Shown here in pieces: positions 61,214 through 64,000 of a stretch of DNA of 64,000 bases. This stretch comes from Gemmatimonadota bacterium (GTDB taxonomy: Bacteria > Gemmatimonadota > Gemmatimonadetes > Gemmatimonadales > GWC2-71-9). Position 1 is the stretch's first letter, and every line of letters starts with the position of its first letter. The DNA lies in assembly GCA_009692185.1 (NCBI GenBank), contig SHZT01000008.1, forward strand, positions 35,910 through 99,909, given 5' to 3'. The notes beneath the pieces are model-generated. The model had not been told where the DNA came from. It ran no database searches and saw only the letters and a program-made list of their open reading frames with translations. The translations under genes and the position numbers were made by a program.

Positions 61214-61247
61214 GGCGGCCGGCCTTCGAAGCAGAAGGCCGGCCGCC
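61214..61247 (+). terminator. strong hairpin terminator after SusD-2
   Basis: 14-bp stem GGCGGCCGGCCTTC / GAAGGCCGGCCGCC with a 6-nt loop, followed by TTGTCGTTCTG. Confidence 0.7.
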
Positions 61248-61404
61248 TTGTCGTTCTGCCACCAGCCAGACGCTACCCCGGTGAAGAACTCGGCCCTCCC
61301 TCATTGACATGATAGGGGCGAGAGCCGATTGTTCCATTTCGGCACCCCCAGCACGGTTTCTCTGGGCGGCGTTGTGAGAACCAAGCTCATTCGGGAGGCA
61401 CGAC

Positions 61405-64000
61405 ATGAAACGCCTATTAGCCTTGTTCACGGTAGTCCTGTCGTTTCTGGCTGCGGGCACGGCGGCGGCCCAGACGCGAATCGTCACTGGCCGGGTCCTG
61501 GATTCGCTCACCAGCGACCCCCTGACATCCGGCCAGGTCACGGTCCAGGGCACGTCCATCGCCGCGACGGTGAAAGACGACGGGACCTTCACCTTGGCGG
61601 TCCCCAACCGGGACGTCCTGCTCCTGATCCGGAGCATCGGCTTTCGGCGCAAGGATGTAGCCGTGCCTGCGGGCCAGAGCTCAGTCGAGCTCAGCCTGGC
61701 TCGGGACTTCTTCCAGCTGGAGGCCATCGTCGTCACGGGGCAGGCCTCCGGCGTGGAGCGCCGGAACCTGGCGAACGCGGTTGCCACGGTATCGGCGGAC
61801 CAACTGGTCCGGACGTCGACGGCGAGCGTGGAACAGGCGTTGCAAGGCAAGATTTCCGGGGCGTACATCAACCAGAACAACGGGGCTCCCGGCGGCGGCA
61901 ATATCATCCGGATGCGCGGGGTAACGTCCATCATCGGCTCCTTCCAGCCGCTCTACGTGATGGACGGGGTGATCGTCAGTAACGCCGAGATCGGGCGCGG
62001 CACGAACATGCTGGTCCGCGCCTACACGTCGCAGGGACTCGTTCCCACGACGGACAACCAGGACAACGCGATCAACCGCATCGCCGACCTGAATCCCAAC
62101 GACATCGAGAACGTCGAGGTGCTGAAGGGGGCGGCCGCGTCGGCCATCTACGGGTCCAAGGCGTCCAACGGCGTGATCCTCATTACCACGAAGCGGGGCC
62201 GGGTCGGCACCCCGCAGTTCAGCGTCACCCAGCGGCTTGGGGCGTCCAGGATCAGCAACACGTACGGGACGCGGTGTTTCGCGACCGGCGCGGAAGCCTT
62301 CGCGGTGTTCGGCGACACTACCGGGTACAAGCCCGGCGTTTGCCACGACTTCGAAAACGAGATCTATGGCCGGGCCGCCTACGCGAACGAGACTTCGGCC
62401 AGCGTCGCTGGCGGCTCGGACAATACCCGGTACTTCTCTTCGGTACTGGTGAAGCACGACGCGGGCATCATGCCGGGCACCTACGCGGACAAACAGGCCC
62501 TGCGGCTCAACCTGGACCAGTCGATCGGGAACAAGCTGCAGATATCGCTGGGTGCGGACCTGATCCATCTGGGCAACGACCGCGGATTGTCCAACAACGA
62601 GAATAACGGCGCGCCCACCCAGGCAGCGCTTTCGTCGATGCCGAGCTGGATCGACTATCGCGGTGTATGCCCGGACTCGAGTCGGGTCAGCAACCCGAAC
62701 AGCCCGTGTGCCGGGGTGGTCTACCCCTACACGTCTCCCTACGCGTTCAGCAATCCGTTCCAGACGGTGGCGCTCGTCAAGAACCGCGAGTCGGTCTGGC
62801 GGAGCATTTTCACCGGCCGGGTCAACTGGGACATCGCGAAGGGCACCCAGCATTCCCTGCGAGTCAGCGCGAATGGCGGCGGCGACGTGTTCACCCAGAA
62901 GAACCAGGTGTATTCACCGCCGAACGTGCAATTCGAGCTGACCCGCGGTGTACCGGGTACCTCGGCGACCGGCTTCGGGCAGAGCCAGAACTTCAACGTG
63001 AACGGGAACGTGATCTACACGTTCAAGACGATGGGCGGGACCTCCGCGACCACCCAGGCAGGGGTCCAGTACGAGTCCTCCGATCTCGACCGTCTCAACA
63101 CGCTGGCCAACAACCTGGTCGGTGGGCAGCTGAATGTGCAGAACGGCACGGTCCTGGCGGCACAACAGTACCGCGAACGCACGCGCGATGTCGGCTTCTT
63201 CGGTCAGGAAGAGTTCCTGACCCTGGGCGAGCGGTTGCTGCTGACGGTTGGCGTCCGCGCGGACCGGGCCAGCAATAATTCCGACACTGACCAGTGGTCC
63301 TACTATCCGAAGGCGTCCACGTCCTATCGTCTGCCGGTCGGCGGCATGTTCAGCGAGCTCAAGGTCCGCGCGGCCATCGGGCAGTCGGGGAACCGGCCGT
63401 CCTACGGCCAGAAGTTCACCAATCTGACGGCCGGGAATATCAACGGAGTGCCGGTGACGACGGTCAGTGCCACTACGGCGGCGGCGGACTTGCGGCCGGA
63501 ATTGCAGACCGAGATCGAGACCGGCCTCGACGCCACGCTGTTCAAGGGCCGGGCCAACGTCGAGTTCACCGTCTATCAGAAGAGCATCAAGGACATGCTG
63601 CTCACCCGGACGCTCACGCCGACCACGGGCTTCTCCACTCTGGTCTACAACGGCGTGTTCACCGATTCGGCCGGCTTGACGCAGGCAACGAAGATTCAGA
63701 ACCAGGGCCTGGAGCTCGGCGTCACGGTCCTGCCGATTCAGACGAAGAGCTTCCAGTGGAATGTCCACGGGACGTTCTTCATGAACCGGTGCAAGGTCCA
63801 GAGTGTGCCGGCGACGTTCCAGCCGATCTCGTTCTTCAACTTCGCCCAGTTCGGCACGACCCGGATCGAGAAGGACAGCTCCTGCACCCAGGTGTGGGCC
63901 AACGATACGATCGGCCGGCTGCCCGGGGACGCGAGCTTCATCTGTCCCGCGAGCGGCACGACTCAGGCCATCGGGTCCGTCTGCCGCCGGAAGATCGGCG
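61405..64000 (+). CDS. SusC/RagA-family TonB-dependent transporter (SusC-3), 3' end outside the window
   Basis: Absent from the ORF track because it has no stop in the window. I translated it by eye at the 5' end (MKRLLALFTVVLSFLAAGTAAAQTRIVTGRVLDSLTSDPLTSGQVTV...FFQLEAIVVTGQASGVERRNLANAV) and the 3' end (...TRIEKDSSCTQVWANDT). Both are in the same frame, and no complete ORF is listed in that frame between them. Confidence 0.85.
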   Translation, partial: MKRLLALFTVVLSFLAAGTAAAQTRIVTGRVLDSLTSDPLTSGQVTVQGTSIAATVKDDGTFTLAVPNRDVLLLIRSIGFRRKDVAVPAGQSSVELSLARDFFQLEAIVVTGQASGVERRNLANAVATVSADQLVRTSTASVEQALQGKISGAYINQNNGAPGGGNIIRMRGVTSIIGSFQPLYVMDGVIVSNAEIGRGTNMLVRAYTSQGLVPTTDNQDNAINRIADLNPNDIENVEVLKGAAASAIYGSKASNGVILITTKRGRVGTPQFSVTQRLGASRISNTYGTRCFATGAEAFAVFGDTTGYKPGVCHDFENEIYGRAAYANETSASVAGGSDNTRYFSSVLVKHDAGIMPGTYADKQALRLNLDQSIGNKLQISLGADLIHLGNDRGLSNNENNGAPTQAALSSMPSWIDYRGVCPDSSRVSNPNSPCAGVVYPYTSPYAFSNPFQTVALVKNRESVWRSIFTGRVNWDIAKGTQHSLRVSANGGGDVFTQKNQVYSPPNVQFELTRGVPGTSATGFGQSQNFNVNGNVIYTFKTMGGTSATTQAGVQYESSDLDRLNTLANNLVGGQLNVQNGTVLAAQQYRERTRDVGFFGQEEFLTLGERLLLTVGVRADRASNNSDTDQWSYYPKASTSYRLPVGGMFSELKVRAAIGQSGNRPSYGQKFTNLTAGNINGVPVTTVSATTAAADLRPELQTEIETGLDATLFKGRANVEFTVYQKSIKDMLLTRTLTPTTGFSTLVYNGVFTDSAGLTQATKIQNQGLELGVTVLPIQTKSFQWNVHGTFFMNRCKVQSVPATFQPISFFNFAQFGTTRIEKDSSCTQVWANDTIGRLPGDASFICPASGTTQAIGSVCRRKIG

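Noticed and set aside
1-64000. CRISPR arrays, IS elements, integrases, prophage or toxin-antitoxin modules as an explanation for the rearrangements
   Set aside because: I saw no repeat-spacer periodicity, no transposase/integrase/recombinase-like translation in any frame of the ORF track, and no terminal inverted repeats flanking the fragment clusters.

Overview
High-GC bacterial chromosomal window. The protein repertoire (SusC/SusD pairs, DUF5916, LVIVD propellers, DUF2339) suggests Gemmatimonadota or a related FCB/Acidobacteriota lineage; this is inference from gene content only. I call about 50 intact protein genes and found no rRNA, tRNA, CRISPR array, transposase, integrase or phage gene. 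Many long ORFs in the six-frame track are antisense shadow ORFs typical of high-GC DNA and were discarded. The strongest candidate for an undescribed system is at 42.8-64 kb. It holds three SusC-type TonB-dependent transporters (two with SusD partners in the window), an S9 peptidase and several secreted LVIVD-repeat beta-propeller genes, with no glycan-degrading enzyme or usual PUL regulator. LVIVD paralogues number five across the window. The first two SusC operons share a near-identical leader and N-terminal module. They also share a 21-30 nt upstream element (TTGGGTTAC(C)AGAATGTGACGC). That element recurs at a rearrangement junction next to a stub of an FAD-oxidoreductase gene. Other notable items: (1) a CysO/MoaD-type sulfur carrier overlapping a threonine-synthase-like PLP enzyme, behind a near-consensus promoter and a ~175-nt leader; (2) a BlaI/CopY-family repressor with a TACAnnTGTA operator, a 29-codon stub of its sensor, and a Met-rich multicopper oxidase; (3) a DUF1326-DUF2182-MFS-FAD oxidoreductase operon with overlapping stop/start codons and a (GGGAAAA)n heptamer repeat; (4) an unusually high density of frameshifted or truncated gene remnants, at least ten. 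All family assignments come from motif recognition in the translations. No database search was run.
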